Shown here: in pieces, positions 38,951 to 54,064 of the stretch
Numbering within the stretch: position 1 is the stretch's first letter
Layout of the letters: each line of letters begins with the position of its first letter
From: Eledone cirrhosa
Lineage: Eukaryota
Reading direction: 5' to 3'
DNA length: 64,000 nt
Assembly: GCA_964016885.1 (NCBI GenBank)
Contig: OZ024741.1
Location: 375,100,001-375,164,000 of the forward strand
Program-made: the position numbers and the translations under genes
The notes under the pieces: model-generated
The model's input: the letters and a program-made list of their open reading frames with translations, nothing else
The model's database searches: none
What the model was told of the DNA's origin: nothing

Positions 38951-39302
38951 AAATATATTTAAAAGATGCTGTTGAGTAATCAACAAATCTGTTTGTGGTA
39001 AAAACCTACCATTTTTAGTAACATTAAAAACATATTTCAAAATTTGTAAATAAAAAAATATGACTTTGCATAAAGTGCTCGTTTTACAGGCCGTCATGAA
39101 AAGGATGATAGTTTTTTAAAACTATAATTCTTCTCAATGGCCTCACTAATTTGATTAGCGCATTCTCAATAATGAACCACTTCATTCCATCCCTAAATTC
39201 ACTTCTTTATTCATCCTTTATTCACTTCTTCATAAATATTGTATCATACTTTTTATGCATATATATATATATTCATTTTAGTCACGGCTAGTGAAATAAA
39301 TG

Positions 39303-39344
<42 letters not shown>

Positions 39345-39345
<1 letters not shown>

Positions 39346-42300
39346 GAAGAAGAAGAAGGAAAGGGACCAGAACCAACTGGACGAAAGAATTGAATAGAAC
39401 TGTTATGCAATGTTACCTGAAGAGTAACCCCAAGGAGAAAGGCTATAGGAAAAGGATGCATAACATCTGGAACGAGATTGGTCCATTTAAATTAGATGAA
39501 CAAAAACTGGCCGGGCAGGCTCGGGTAATAAGAACTAATGGGTGGATAAGCGAGCTGGAACTGGAGGAACTGAGCAGAGAGATTAGCTTGGAGCTTGAGA
39601 GTGGAGTACGCCAGGCAAACGAGCCAGTGGGAAATGAAGGTGAAGAGGTCGAGAGAACGGAGGAACCACCCGAAGCAGACAATGATCTGAATGCTGAGAT
39701 AAATAATACCTGGAACAGAGATACGGCCACTGAGGAGATGAATGCTGACGGGCTAGGACAAGATTTGGTTGATATCCTAAACTTAGTGGTAGATGAATTG
39801 AACAATGATAGTGGGAGACCTATGAACCTAAGATTTGTAGACAGGAAAAAGTTAAAAGAAACAACAGCTAAGGTAAACAAAGTCATCCCATACCTTGAGG
39901 CGAGGAGCCTTCACCAGTGCAACAATATCCTCAAAGCAACAGCAAATACGGTGAGGAAACTACTTGGTATAAAAGCGAGAGGAAACAACAGACAAGAAAG
40001 AGCAGAGCCTTGGTGGAAGAAACGACTGAGTGGTCAAATCAGGGAAATGAGAAATGACATTGGAAAGCTTGAATGGGACACTAAAAAACATAGACACTAA
40101 AAATAGACTGGAAATAAAGTACAAAACTAGGAGGAAAAAGCTAAATATTATCATAGAGGAACTGAAGCAACGCATTGTAGCAAAGAGTGCAAAAATCAGG
40201 CGATACGAGAACAGAGTCAGTCAGTATAGACAGAACCGCATGTTCGACAACAACCAGAAGATGCTGTTTGGACAGCTTGAAGGGAAAGAAAGAGGCAACG
40301 ACTTGATCCCTGAGGCGGAACAAACTAAAACATTCTGGAGAGGAATATGGGAGCAGGATGTTAAACATAATGACCAGGCAGTGTGGATTGAGACAGTAAA
40401 GAAGGAGATCAGTGAACAGGCACACCAACAAACTGATTTGAGTATCACAGTTGAAACTCTTAAGGGGCAGGCCAAAAAACTAACCAACTGGAAATCACCT
40501 GGCCCAGATGGTGTGCAGGGGTATTGGATTAAAAACATAACATCCCTCCACCCGAAACTGACAACCATGTTCAATGACTGCTTGATGTCGGGTGAGGTAC
40601 CAGAGTGGTTGACAAAAGGTACCACAGTTCTGATAATGAAAGACCGAATCAAGGGTAATGATGTTACCAATTATAGACCTATCACATGTCTGTCCGTAAT
40701 GTGGAAACTGTTGACAAGCATTATGTCTGAGGAAATCTACCATCACCTCCACACAAACAACTTGTTACTGGACGAACAGAAAGGATGCCGAAAGAAGTCA
40801 CGTGGTACAAAGGACCAGTTACTTATTGATAAGATGGTAATGAGGAATTGCAAGAGGAGACACACTGGTCTTGCCATGGGATGGATAGACTACAAAAAGG
40901 CATTTGACATGGTGCCTCATTCTTGGATCACCAAAAGCCTGGAGATCTTCAAGGTGGCAGATAACATCAGACAGTTGTTGGGCAAAAGTATGAAGTCCTG
41001 GGAAACAGAGTTAACATCAACTGGAGAATCCTTGGGAAGCGTAAAGTTCAAGAGAGGTATCTTCCAGGGAGATAGTCTGTCCCATCTGTTGTTTGTCCTT
41101 GCCCTGATGCCCCTGACCAGTGTACTGCGAAAAGTGAGAGCAGGATACAGGTTGGGAAAGGGAGGGCTTACCATCAATCACCTCCTCTTCATGGACGATC
41201 TTAAGCTCTTCGGGAAGAGTGAGAAGGAGTTGGATGTGCTTGTTGACACTGTCCGTATTTTCAGCAATGATATATGTATGCAATTTGGTATTAGTAAGTG
41301 TGGGGTCATTGTGATGAGGAGGCGTAAGTTGAGCAGAAGTAACGGAATCCAGATACCAACAGGTGAGATGATAAAGGAAATTGACTCTGAGGAAGGATAC
41401 AAGTATTTGGGCGTTCTGGAGGCTGATGACATCAAGAACAAAAAAATGAAGGAATTGATAAGAACTGAATACCTTCGGAGAGTAAGGAGCGTATTAAAGT
41501 CACATCTGAACAGTAGGAATGCCATAAGTGCAGTAAATTCCCGAGCTGTGTCTATTATTAGGTACAGTGCGGGAATTCTGAGATGGAATGTTGCTGAACA
41601 AAAAGAAATGGATAGGAAGACTAGGAAGCTATTGACTATATACAACATGTTCCACAAGAGGAGTGATGTCGATAGACTCTACTTAAGGAGATCTGAAGGT
41701 GGAAGTGGTCTTATCAGCATAGAGGACTGTGTTCAGATGGAGAAAAACAACCTACACAAATACGTGACTGATAGTAAGGAGCCAATGCTCAGAACTGTAC
41801 TGAAGGAGGGGACAATAGGCCAGGGGATGTCCAAGGAGGAAATAACATCAAGGAGTAAGAGCAGCCTTCAGGAAAAATCCCTTCATAGTACCTTCTTTGA
41901 GAAAACTGAATTTAGAGATCCACAGACATGGAACTGGTTGAAAAAGAGGAGACCTTAAAAAGGCTACAGAAGGAATGTTAATGGCTGCGCAGGAGCAGGC
42001 CCTCAAAACGAAGTGGTTGAAACACCACATTTACAAGGAGGAGGCTAGCCCACTGTGCAGGATCTGTGGAGAGAGAGAGGAGACTGTGGCTCACATTGTA
42101 TCCGAGTGTAAACACCTAGCCCAGACTCACTATAAGGGCTGGAGACATGATGTGATGGGCAGGGTGATCCACTGGCACCTATGCAAAGTAAACAATTTAC
42201 CACATTCTGAGAAGTGGTATCAGCATAAGCCAGAGGCGGTGATAGAAAACGATCAGGTGAAGGTGCTGTGGGATTTTAGGATACAGACGGAAAAGAAACT

Positions 42301-42715
42301 GGAACACAATAGACCTGACCTGGTGGTTTTGGACAAAGAAAAAAGATCGTGTCTGATTGTGGATGTGGCCTGCCCATTCGACACGAGAGTGCAAGAGAAG
42401 GAGAGGGAGAAAATTAACCGATACCAGGACTTAAAGTGGGAGGTAAAAAGGATTTGGAACTGCCATGAAGTCAAAGTGATCCCGATTGTCATAGGCGCAC
42501 TAGGGACTATCTCAAAAAGTTTCCAGGGATGGTTAAAGAAAATTGGCCCCTTCACGCTTTTTGGAACGCTTCAAAAGGCATGCTTGCTGGGAACAGCAAG
42601 AACCCTCCGATACGTCCTGAATATCTGAGGCTGCAGGTAGTGGCTTGATATTCATTTCAACAAACTTTCCAGTTAACTAACATCAATGACTGAGACTCAA
42701 AGAGTAATAACAAAT
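39345..42715 (+). mobile_element. Dong/R4-clade LINE in (AAT)n, with two frameshifts
   Basis: ORFs 39300-40100, 40054-41958 (KSPGPDG, WIDYKKAFD, FQGDSLS, FMDD) and 41975-42628 (CRIC..H..C, RHD, RPD..D..K); (AAT)n on both sides. Confidence 0.93.
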
Positions 42716-42986
42716 ATAATAATAATAATAATAATAATAATGTTTTCTTTATTAACCACAAGGGTTTACATAAAGTAGACATTAAGGACAGTACAGGACA
42801 ATACAGGACGGTACAAATGGGCATTTCTGCATGCAAAAAACAACAGAGGATGCAATAAAATAAAAAAGAAAAATTTCCCAATATGGGGGAGACTTCCGAG
42901 GGACATTTGTGGAGAGGGCCCATTAAAAGACCACAGTGACCTTGACCGCCAGGGCAAGTGCCCTCTCCCAGTTTTCCACCTTTAAT

Positions 42987-45900
42987 TTACAAACACATAC
43001 TCAAAGTAGACCCATTCACTCGGGCAATTCTTGCCTCTCTCACCCCTCTTTCAACAAAATGGTGGTGGGAAGAGAGCACTTCCCTCTCTACCCTGATTTT
43101 CCTTTTCAAATGAAATTTGAAAAAGTTAATTAGGGTATCACCGAAGAGGTAAGTGCTCGTCTTCAACCCTTTCAAACGTGTCCACCATACTATCTCTTTC
43201 GCCATGGCCACCAGACAGATAAAAACTGCCTGCCCTTCCCGGCTAAAGGAAGAGGGCGGGGCAATCCTCACGATGGACTCAGCTGATAGCTGGATCCGTC
43301 CTACACGTGACAGCAGGTGTTCGACATAAACCCACAAGTCAGCAATGCTCGGACACTGGACGAGTGCGTGTAGGACGGTTTCGTCGCTCTGCGCGCATCT
43401 CGGACATGCCCGGCTGACGGCACCTCCATGCCTGTAGAGTTTATCCCGAACTGGCAAAGCTCCTCGGTAGCACTGCCAGGCCAGAGATTTCTGGAAGTTG
43501 TCCATAGGCCCCGGCCCGAAAGTTCTTCCGAAGAGATTGGCTAGTTGATTTTCGTCGACGCCTAGAGTTTCCCCAAGTACGTCGTCGCTCTTCCCCTCCA
43601 CTAATCCTCTATAGAACGCCGAGGTGGAGTTTCCACCGATCACATTGCCCGATTGGTCGAGGGCTGTGAGCACCTGAAGACATTCCAGTCTCCAGGCGCT
43701 CCCTCTCGGTCTTCGCTTGACCCAGGACTGCAGCTCCGTCAAGGAAACGAGCTGGGGAAATACGTGTCTAGCAAACGGCGACCACACCTGATTACCGTCG
43801 AGGAAGAGGTGGAGATGTGATGTCGTAGCCTGAGCGCGTGTCTGCGCATCATCAGCCACGGCATGCCCAGCCCTCCACGTAGCGGGTGTTGACAGCAGAT
43901 GGACCGCCTGACCATCGGAGCGCGTCCCTTCCACAAAAAGCGAAAGAGCAAACGCTCCAGCGCAGTCAGGTCAAGGTACGACGGTCAGGTGGTAGCAGAT
44001 GACAGACGCGATGTACGCGTTAGCCACCTCCGCTCGACCTTTCAGGGATAGCTTCCTCTCCGCCCATTTCTGGGTGAGAGAAGCCACCCTGCTCGTCACC
44101 TCGTCCCAGTTTTTGTCCGTCTGGAGGTCCGGACCGAATCAGACCCCTAGCAATTTAACCGGTCCGTCCGTCCAGCGTCCGACGACGCTGTTGGACGGCA
44201 TGGACCTGCCTCTCCAGGTGCCGAGCTGCAGGCCCACTGACTTTTCCTGGTTGATCATTGCTCCTGTCACCGCTTCGTATTCTCTTAGTGTAGTGCCGAT
44301 CGCCTCGATGTGTTTGGCGTTCGACACCACTACGGTGACATCGTCCGCATATGCTGACACGGATCTTCCGCATCCTAGTTCGCGCGGGACTCCCCTCAAC
44401 GTCTCCAGTTTGTGCAGTAATGGCTCGAGAGTCAATACGTACAAGAGGGACGAGAGGGGACATCCTTGGCGGACAGAGCGCATGATGTTGAACGGTTCCG
44501 AAAGGTGACCGTTCACTCTCACCACAGAGCAGATGTCGCTGTGCATGGCAGCGATCCAGCCTCTGAAGACGGGCCCAAATCCAGCCGCCCTCAGGACTGC
44601 CGCTAGGTAACAATGGTCGACCCTATCGAAAGCTTTCGACTGATCTAAATTGATCAAGGACCCACCCGTGCCAGGTTCCCTAGCTACCCTCTCTACGATG
44701 TATCGCATGAGGTGGAGGTTGTCGTGGATGGATCTGCCGGGAATGGCGCATGTCTGCGCCTCTCCCACCAGACCACCAACGACAAGCGCCAACCTCTTTG
44801 CTAGCACCTTGGCCAAAATCTTGAACTCTGTGTTTAGCAGAGTTATGGGCCTGAAATTATCTATGTTATGCCCCTTGTTCGGATCCTTTCTCAGCAGCGC
44901 CACCGCTCCTCGGCTCACAGAGCTGGGAATTCTCCCGTTCTGTTGCCAGTTGCAGTAGACGTCCGCCAAGAGGCCTCCGAACAAGTCTGGCATCTGTACG
45001 TAAAGTTCATAGGGCAGACCATCCAAACCAGGCGATTTACCACTTGTACAGCCAGTCATTGCCTCCCGTACTTCAGCGGCTGTTATCGGCTTTTCGCAAC
45101 ACTCCGCCTCAGTGGCCGAGAGCCGCGGCAATCCGTCGAGGTAGACACTAAAGTCCATCCCTCGACCCGGCCCACCGCTGCCCCCGAACAGCTGAGCGAA
45201 GTGTCGTTGAAAAGCTTCACACATTTGCCCGGGATCGAGTAGCATGCGCCCGTCGTGGTCCACCAAAGACCGGATCGTGGCTTTGTTCCCACGACGCGCC
45301 TCCGCCACTCGGGCCCATTGAACGGCTTTCGTCCCCTCGTGTCTGAGAGCACGCACCCTAGCTCTGACAACGCAGCCTTCGTGCTTTACATTGAAGAATT
45401 GGTCAAGGGCCAATTTCGCCGCAAGCACGTCGGTCGCGATGCCTTTGCTAAGCGTCTCGTATAATTTTCTAACTAGTTCTCCCTCTGCTCTATTTTGCTC
45501 TATTGCTAAAGCCTTACTAAACCTAATCGATTCTATTCTAATCGCTCTTTTCAGAGCAAACCACCACTTGTTGTTGACGATGGCCGCCGTCAACGCCCGC
45601 TTAACTAGTTCGCTAATCCGGTCTCTGTAGGCCTTGCGCGCTGGTAAGGACGCGTTTAGCTTCCAGTAGCCGGGTCCTCGTCTATGAAGCCTATCTAAGT
45701 CAAGCACACAGATCACGAATTCGTGGTCCGTGTAGCTGACTATCTTGAATTGTGGACAGCCTATGCTAGACCTATCTATTTCCCTACAAAATACTCTATC
45801 TAGATATGATCTGGATGACCCTATGCGGTTTGTCCAAGTCCACATTGGCACATTCGGGAAATCCAATCGGTACCTGTCAGACAGTTCAAAACGCCTGAGC

Positions 45901-46403
45901 AGGTTGGTGAGGCTCTTGCACCCTCCACCCCTATCCGCTAATCCCACACAGTTCCAGCGTGCATCTAAGATCCCGTTCTAGTCGCCCACTAACACTAAAG
46001 AGTGGGACGTTCCAAGAAAGGTCTCCAGACGCCGGAAGAAATCAGGCCGCCCTGCTCCTGTCGGGGCATAGACGGCCACTAGCCTGAAAGCTTGCTCGTC
46101 TCCGCTGGTCACGTCCAGCACCACCAACTTACCCTCTGGGTCCAGGAAGATGGCCCGTATGGCGAGATCCACACCTCTCCGAAAAAGCACAGCGACTCCT
46201 CCCCCCGATCCAGGACGGCTGGGAGATGCGTACACATCGTAGCCGCCGAAGATCGGTGCGAAGGCCCGTGCTTCGGAGATTCTGGTCTCGCTGATGGCCA
46301 CTACATCTATGTTTAGTGACCTGAGGTCGTTGAGCAGGTGACCTTGCTTCCATGACGACCCCAAGCCACGCGCATTTATGCTGCCTATTCTGAGTGAGGT
46401 CAT
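42987..46403 (-). pseudogene. Tx1 ORF2 (APE endonuclease, RT, C-terminal Cys finger), disrupted
   Basis: SINARGL, ISET, VYAP, LVGD; KSPGLDGL, FRPITLLN, LDQSKAFDRV, RQGCPLS, YADD; CPRC..ETVLHALVQC. Confidence 0.9.
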
Positions 46404-46811
46404 GTTTAAAATAGAGTGGAAAAGATGGGTAAGACCACTTACCGTACTTTTCGTAGAGGAAGGATGGTTTTTCCATCCCTTTTCACTTGATCGTCTGGTG
46501 AAGGGACCGTTGAATCGTCCCTTCGGCTGGTCGTCGGCTCTTCTATGAGTATGTCCGAATATACTCTCCGGTTGAGAGTCCCTCCTAGGTCTCTGAAATC
46601 ACCAACTGCGTTGGGGAATTTCGTTTTAATGTTTGTGTATTGTTTCTGTGCTATTTTTAGCAGTCTTATGTTAGTTGGCGTTTTGATTGGTGCTAGTATT
46701 ATGTAATCGTGCTGTGAAATGTCTGTGTGTTCAATTATGTAAGTCATTAGTTTCTTGTTGTGTGTATTTATTGCCGTGCATTTGTTTTTCTGGGGGTGAG
46801 GTGTGGTTCTG

Positions 46812-48501
46812 CTATTTTCTTGTCGTTGTTGCTGGGTATGTGTATTTTGTTGTGTTTGCGATGTTGGTGCTTATGGTGGTGGTGTTGAAGGTGTTGTTGT
46901 TGTTGGCGGTGGGGTTGTCGCCGGTGGTGATGGTGGTGCTAGTGTGGGTGGGGATGGTGATGGTGGTGTTGCTGCTGTGAGTCTCTTTGCAGTAGCCTTT
47001 ACCCTTTTTTTCATTTCTTTCCTCCCTTTTCGAAGGCGACGATGCGCTGCTTCTGCGTTTGTGCCTTCTTACGACCTTTTGCCATCCCTCTCCCACCTCA
47101 CACTCCATGTCTGATTCTGTGAGGTCGGGGAGGGGTACCAGCTCCACTCTTTCACTTGTTGTTGTTGGTGATGATTGCACTGGAGTCTTTGTTGCAGCTG
47201 CATTTGGTATTGCTGTTGTTGTTGTTAATACTTCCACTGCTGCTGCTGTTTTTGATTTCCGTGGCGTGGGTATGGGTGCCACGGACCTATCGTTCCTGGT
47301 TGCCGCTTGTCCTGTTGCTGGTAGCTGTGGAGCCGGTTTCGGAAGGAGGGGGGTTTTCTCCTTTCTCAGGGTCTTCTCATTGCAGAAGGCCCTGAGGTGA
47401 GTCTTCGATCCACAGCCAAAGCATTTCGGGCATTTGCCCTCAACACTTATGGGCAGTTGAGTGCCGTTATCGAAGTCTATCACATCCGGGATAGCTTCGA
47501 TGCACTCCTGGTTGGTTTGGATTAACATCTCAATGGAGGTGCCGACCCAATCTTCTCTTACTTTTTTCTGTACTTGCAGTACAGTTGTTTTGTCCTCGAT
47601 TCCGACGAGGACAGACGCGGCCAGCCAAGAAGGGGCCATCCCGGGGGGGGGGGGGGGAGACGTGGGTCAGTTTGACCCTCACAATTTTTTGCCCGTAGTA
47701 GGACGGCACCAAAACCATCTCCTCGCTCCTTAGGGTCACTAAGGATTGAGCCTTTGCCTCCTGGGGTGTGGCAAAAAGCACGTCTACGGTGGCATATTTC
47801 TTGCCTCGGGTGATGTGCGTTTTCCGCTGCCACACAGACCCTAAGGATTTTTGTATTTGAGCCTCTGTGGCTCTTTCAACCCTACAGGATTTTGTACTTA
47901 CTGTACGGTACGTGACCGTACAGTGCTGTTGGGTTTCGAAAAATTTTTCGGCTGCCTTGCAGATTGCTCGGTGTCCGGTTTTTGTCACCATCTTCTTCGC
48001 TTCTTCTAATTCCTCATTTGTTATGAGGATGGTTTCCAGGTTCTTTGCGATAACTGCAAACGAGATTGGTTTTTCTTTGCTGCTATTGTTGTTGTTGTTG
48101 TTGTCGTCAGAGCTGCTGTTACTTTTGTTGTTGCTGCAGGTACTACGACTACTGCCGCCGCCGCTGTTGCTGTGGTTGTTGTTGTTGTTGCTGCTGCTGC
48201 TGTTGTTATTGCTGCTAATGCTGTTGTTGTTTATGCTGCTGCTGATGCTGTTGCGGCTGCTACTGTTGTTTTTCTTGTCACTGTTGCTGCTGCTGCTGTT
48301 ATTACGGCTGCTACTGCTATTATTCATGACGTCAGACGAATGAAATAGGTTTTCGTATTTCCCGCACACCTTTTTCGTCGTTGTCGTCGTCGTCGTGGAG
48401 AAATCTTGCACGCTTTGCACGTGATTTTTCTTTTCTGGCGTCGCTTGCGAAAGAGAAGGGAGGGAGAGAGACACATTTAGAGAAGGGAGGGAGAGAGACA
48501 A
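46812..48501 (-). pseudogene. Tx1 ORF1 (gag-like, CCHC knuckle), broken at a G/C homopolymer near 47641-47657
   Basis: CFGCGSKTHLRAFC; S/N-rich N-terminus also present in the second copy. Confidence 0.75.
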
Positions 48502-48949
48502 TCTTCTCTATGCTGTAGTGACGATTGAGGAAGAAGAAGACGGAATGAGTGGGAGTGACCTATGAAAATTCTTTTTCGTAGCCATGTTTTTTTTTTGTTT
48601 AAAATAAATATTGGGCACAAAACCCCAATAAGCGGTTATTTAACCCCGAAGGGCCAAATAACGGGCAGAAAGACCCCTTTCACGAGGAGGAGGGTGTTTT
48701 TGTCTACAATTTGGTTAAAGTTTTAAACAATTTACAATTGTTATAGCGGTCAAAATTTACAATACCTTACAGAGCCGAGCCTCCGTCAACCATAGCCTTC
48801 AATAATAATAATAATAATAATAATAATTTGAGAGAAGAGATTTGTCTCCATTGATTTTGTATATGGTGGCACTTCACGTTGCTTCAGTACACCCAGCTGA
48901 TATGAGTAGTAGAAATAGCAGGGGAGTTAATCCTGCAATAATCCGGCAT

Positions 48950-49200
48950 CCTATTCAGTGAGAGTCGTGAACTCTCAGTCGCTTTGTGCCAAGGAAACTG
49001 GAGATAAGCATCCTACTAAAATCGAGGACTATGTCTCTGGTTCAAGGTTTCTGTGATGTAACAAGAAAGTACAATTGTACAGATGTAACCACCCTCCTTC
49101 AGGATATTTGCTGGAACGTTGTCATGTTTAGAAGATACTTTTTTGTTATTAACATTTCGTTGGCACCACTAATCTAAGCAAAGCTCAGTAGCTCGTCATG
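48950..49200 (+). pseudogene. CR1-group LINE C-terminal remnant
   Basis: VQ..VTRKY..DVTTLLQDICW....RR pattern. Confidence 0.4.
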
Positions 49201-49235
49201 GCATTATGAGACAGGCATTCCACATAATTCTTTAA

Positions 49236-49482
49236 CCCTTTAGTATTTAAACAGGCCATATAAATAATATCAAAATCTTATAGATTCGATATTATGTGAG
49301 ATAGTTATGTAAGATAAAACCATTGCCACAAAAATACAATAGCATATATAGAATAATTGTTTCTACGTTAGGCACAAGGCCAGCAATTACCCAGTGCATT
49401 ACTGGTACTTTATTTTATCGACCCCGTAAGGATGAAAGGCAAAGTCAACCTTGGCGGGAAGAATAATGTAACTGCTAAAGGG
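49236..49482. mobile_element. piggyBac-like MITE with a nested SINE fragment (49355-49459)
   Basis: TTAA|CCCTTTAGTATTTA ... TAACTGCTAAAGGG|TTAA. Confidence 0.7.
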
Positions 49483-50490
49483 TTAATCACTGCAGAATGC
49501 CCAGGTTATGGCTGGTTTAGGAATTGGTTGAAGTGTTCTTCCACCTGCTGAATTGAATGGTGTCATGGAAAAATTCTTCGTGGCTGTATAGTGTCTTTAT
49601 TGTTTGATAAAATTGAAATTGTACATATGAACCATGATTTATTGATCTTCTATCATCCACCATTAATTTTCAAGTACACATATACGCACAGACACAGACA
49701 CAGACACACACATGAAACAATTTGTTATTACATAGAATGACAAACACGTATTTGTTTATACATGTAATAAATAATCACACACATACATAGATAGATTTAT
49801 ATACACACAGAATGACAGAAGTACACATATATACACACACACAGATTTGTTCACACATACAATAACGCATCAATAACCACACATACATACACACTTGTAT
49901 ATATACAAACATGAATGCATACATACATGCTTACATATATACATATATTATATACATATATACGTACATACATACATACTTTCGCGCATACAATAACACA
50001 CGCACACAGTATCAGGGTGGCCCAGACAGATGGCTATTATTATAGCTACAGATGGTAGGTTTTTAAAAAAAAGGAAGAAACTTTCAGAGAGGAGAATTGT
50101 TTGAAAGGGTAACTATCTCGCCTTCACTGATTGGAGAGTACCAAGCAGATTGAAGAGAGCAGCCGACATAACAGCTGGGGAAGGAGGGGAAGTGTTCATC
50201 CAGTTGTTTATCATGACAATTATTTGCTGTTAATATATAAACAGACGATAATAGACAGAAATATATAATTCATTCTACTCCACCGTTTTAATACTTATAA
50301 CACTTATACTTTATTGTATGGTGGCTTGCATTGTATTGTTTTTTGTTCTGTTGTGATATCCCGCATTGTTTTGCCCATCGTTTTCCCTTGTTCTCTCTTA
50401 CATCTAACTGTAAAAACCAACAAACAACCACAGACATACCACACACACATATATGCATATTCCAGTTTTTGCATGCACGCATATATATGA

Positions 50491-50548
<58 letters not shown>

Positions 50549-50903
50549 ATATATATATGTGTGTATGTATGTATGTGTATGTATGTATGTATGTATGTAT
50601 GTATGTATGTATGTATGTATGTATGTATGTATGTATGTATGTATGTATGTGTGTATGTATGTATGTATGTATGTATGTATGTGTGTATGTATGTATGTGT
50701 GTATGTATATATGTATGTGTGTGTGTATGTATATATGTGTGTATGTATGTGTGTATATATATGTATGTATGTATTTAAGTATATATATATGTATGCATGT
50801 GTGTGTGTGTGTATGTATATATATATGTGTGTGTGTATGTATATATGTATGTATGTATGTGTGTGTATGTATATATGTATGTATGTATATATGTATGTGT
50901 GTG

Positions 50904-50934
<31 letters not shown>

Positions 50935-51084
50935 GTGTATATGTATGTGTGTATATGTATATATGTATGCATGTATGTGGGTGTATGTATATATGTATCT
51001 ATATGTGTGTATGTATATATGTATGTATATATGTTTGTATGTATGTATGTGTGTGTGTGTGTATGTATATATGTATGTATGTAT

Positions 51085-52319
51085 GTCAATAATTGTCACA
51101 AGTGTAGTGTTTGTACCAGAGTTTTCAAGTCACTGGCTGGACTAAAAAGTCACACTCGTTCAGCCCATCGGTAGGAGTTCTCCTACATGGATATAAAGTA
51201 GTGGCCATACTCGAAAACGAGTTGGCAGCCACCATGTATGTATGTATGTCGGGTCATTCTTGAGTGCTATTGGTAACATGTAAACCATTACAACCTGTCA
51301 CGTGGTCGGGTCGTCGGCGACTTAATCGACAAACCCACCAGGTTTACTTGGTGAGGAGGGTGATTTTGGACACACTGCAGGACAAAAAACAAAACCTGAC
51401 AAATGGCGGAAGAACTCATAAGAGTCAACGGCAATCCGAAAGTGTGTAAATATGTATATACACATGTACATATGTATGTATATGTATATATGTCAAGTCA
51501 CCAGTTGGTGCTACTGGTAACATGTATCCCAGTACAACCTGTCTCATGGTCGGGTCGTTGGCGACTAAACTGGCAACCCCAGCAAGGTTTCTTGGTGAGG
51601 AGGGTGACTTTGAACATCCTGCAGGACTAAAAACAAAACCTGTCAAAGGGCAAAGGAGCTCTTAAGAGTCAATGGCCATCCAAAATCACCGGGAGAGATG
51701 ACCCCTTAGCCTTTGTCAAGGCAGAATTCTAGGAGAAGGAAAACTCTGATATAACACCTGCAACCCTGATGGTATCCAATGATGTTGACTTGTTCTTCTT
51801 TTTGGTAAATATCATCTTGGTTAAGAGAGTGGGACTGGCTTTGTGCAGTGCCTTTGCTCACTATAAAAGCTTCACAGCACAGGCATTGCTTTATATCTGG
51901 AGATCTCTCTGCACTTGTCATCACATGGTACGATGGGCCTAGCACTATGTGTCAATAATTGTCACAAGTGTAGTGTTTGTACCAGAGTTTTCAAGTCACT
52001 GGCTGGACTAAAAAGTCACACTTGTTCAGCGCATCGGTAGGGGTTGTCCTACATGGATATAAAGTAGTGGCCGTACTCGAAAACGAGTTGGCAGCCACCG
52101 TGTTTGTATGTATGTATGTATGTATGTATGTATGTATGTATGTATGTATGTATGTATGTATGTATGTTTGTATGTATGTATGTATATATGTATGTATATA
52201 TGTATGTATGTATATATGTATGTATGTATGCATATGTGTTGATTCTCTTTCTCTTAATTTCGAGTACATTTTTGACCGGGATGTAAGTTTGTATGTTTGT
52301 ATGTATGTATGTATGTATG

Positions 52320-52353
<34 letters not shown>

Positions 52354-53103
52354 TGTATGTATGTATGTATGTATGTATGTATGTATGCATGTATGTATGT
52401 ATGTATGTATGTTTGTATGTATGTATGTCTCCTACATGGATATAAAGTAGTGGCCGTACTCGAAAACGAGTTGGCAGCCACCATGTATGTATGTATGTCG
52501 GGTCACCAGTTGGTGCTACTGGTAACATGTATCCCAGTACAACCTGTCTCATGGTCCGGTCGTTGGCGACTAAACTGGCAACCCACCAAGGTTTCTTGGT
52601 GAGGAGGGTGACTTTGGACATCCTGCAGGACTAAAAACAAAACCTGTCAAAGGGCAAAGGAGCTCTTAAGAGTCAATGGCCATCCAAAATCACCGGGAGA
52701 GATGACCCCTTAGCCTTTGTCAAGACAGAATTCTAGGAGAAGGAAAACTCTGATATAACACCTGCAACCCTGATGGTATCCAATGATGTTGACTTGTTCT
52801 TCTTTTTGGTAAATATCATCTTGGTTAAGAGAGTGGGACTGGCTTTGTGCAGTGCCTTTGCTCACTATAAAAGCTTCACAGCACAGGCATTGCTTTATAT
52901 CTGGAGATCTCTCTGCACTTGTCGTCAGATGGTACCATGGGCCCAGCACTATGTGTCAATAATTGTCAAAAGTGTAGTGTTTGTACCAGAGTTTTCAAAT
53001 CGCTGGCTGGACTAAAAAGTCACACTCGTTCAGCGCATCCGTAGGGGTTCTCCTACATGGATATAAAGTAGTAGCCGTACTCGAAAACGAGTTGGCAGCC
53101 ACC
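51085..53103 (+). mobile_element. array of the RTE-derived retroposon: full copies 51492-52099 and 52497-53103, partial copies 51085-51232, 51248-51440, 52428-52482
   Basis: near identity to 18716-19321; copies separated by (TATG)n. Confidence 0.85.
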
Positions 53104-53499
53104 ATGTATGTATGTATGTATGTATGTATGTATGTTTGTATGTGTGTGTGTATGTATGTAACTATCTATGTGTGTATGTGTGTGTGTTTGTATGCATGGA
53201 TGTATGCATGTATGTGTATGTATGTATGTATGTTTGTATGTATGTATTTGCGTGTATATATGTATGTTTGTATGTATGAATATATATGGGTATATGAATG
53301 TTTGTATCTAAGTATGCATGCATATATGTATGTATGTATGTGTGTATGTGTGTATGTATGTTTGTATGTATGTATGCATATATGTTTATATGTATGCATA
53401 CATATATGTTTATATGTATGTAAGTATGTATGTGTGTGTATGTATGTAAGTATGTATGCATATAAGTTTATATGTATGCATGCTTATATGTATGCATGC

Positions 53500-53532
<33 letters not shown>

Positions 53533-53920
53533 TGTATGTAGGTAGGTATGTATGTTTGTATGTATGTATGTGTGTGTGTATGTAAGTATGTTTGTATTTA
53601 TGTATGTATGCATGCATATATGTTTGTATCTATGTATGTGTGAGTGTATCTATGTATATATGTATATATGTTTGTATGTTTGTTTGTATGTATTCATGCA
53701 TAAACACCACACACACATATATCTTGTACAAATAGTACTGATTTTAACCGTATCTGTACGAAGTGTGTAAACATATTTATAATTATATATTTAAGCGTGT
53801 AAACATGCCTTCTGCGTAGATTGAATAAGATGAACAATCGTATACACACAGATATGTTTATCTGTCCCTTTCTCCCCCCTCTCTCTCTGTCTCTCTTTCA
53901 CTTCCTCACTTTCTCTCCCA

Positions 53921-54030
<110 letters not shown>

Positions 54031-54064
54031 TTACAATAGACCAATGTTTAACGACTTACATTCA

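Larger units (their letters stand above)
42742..48800 (-). mobile_element. full-length Tx1/L1-clade LINE inserted in (AAT)n
   Basis: ORF1 plus APE-RT-zinc-finger ORF2; AATAAA near the 3' end; 5' end defined by the second copy at 63234. Confidence 0.92.

Noticed and set aside
43999-48343. Plus-strand ORFs over the Tx1 element, and antisense ORFs over the Dong elements
   Set aside because: Shadow frames of the real retrotransposon ORFs.
50331-53770. YVCM/HTYI ORFs (also the YI/HT ORFs at 14635-16267 and 23408-24511)
   Set aside because: Translations of TATG, TA and CA microsatellites.
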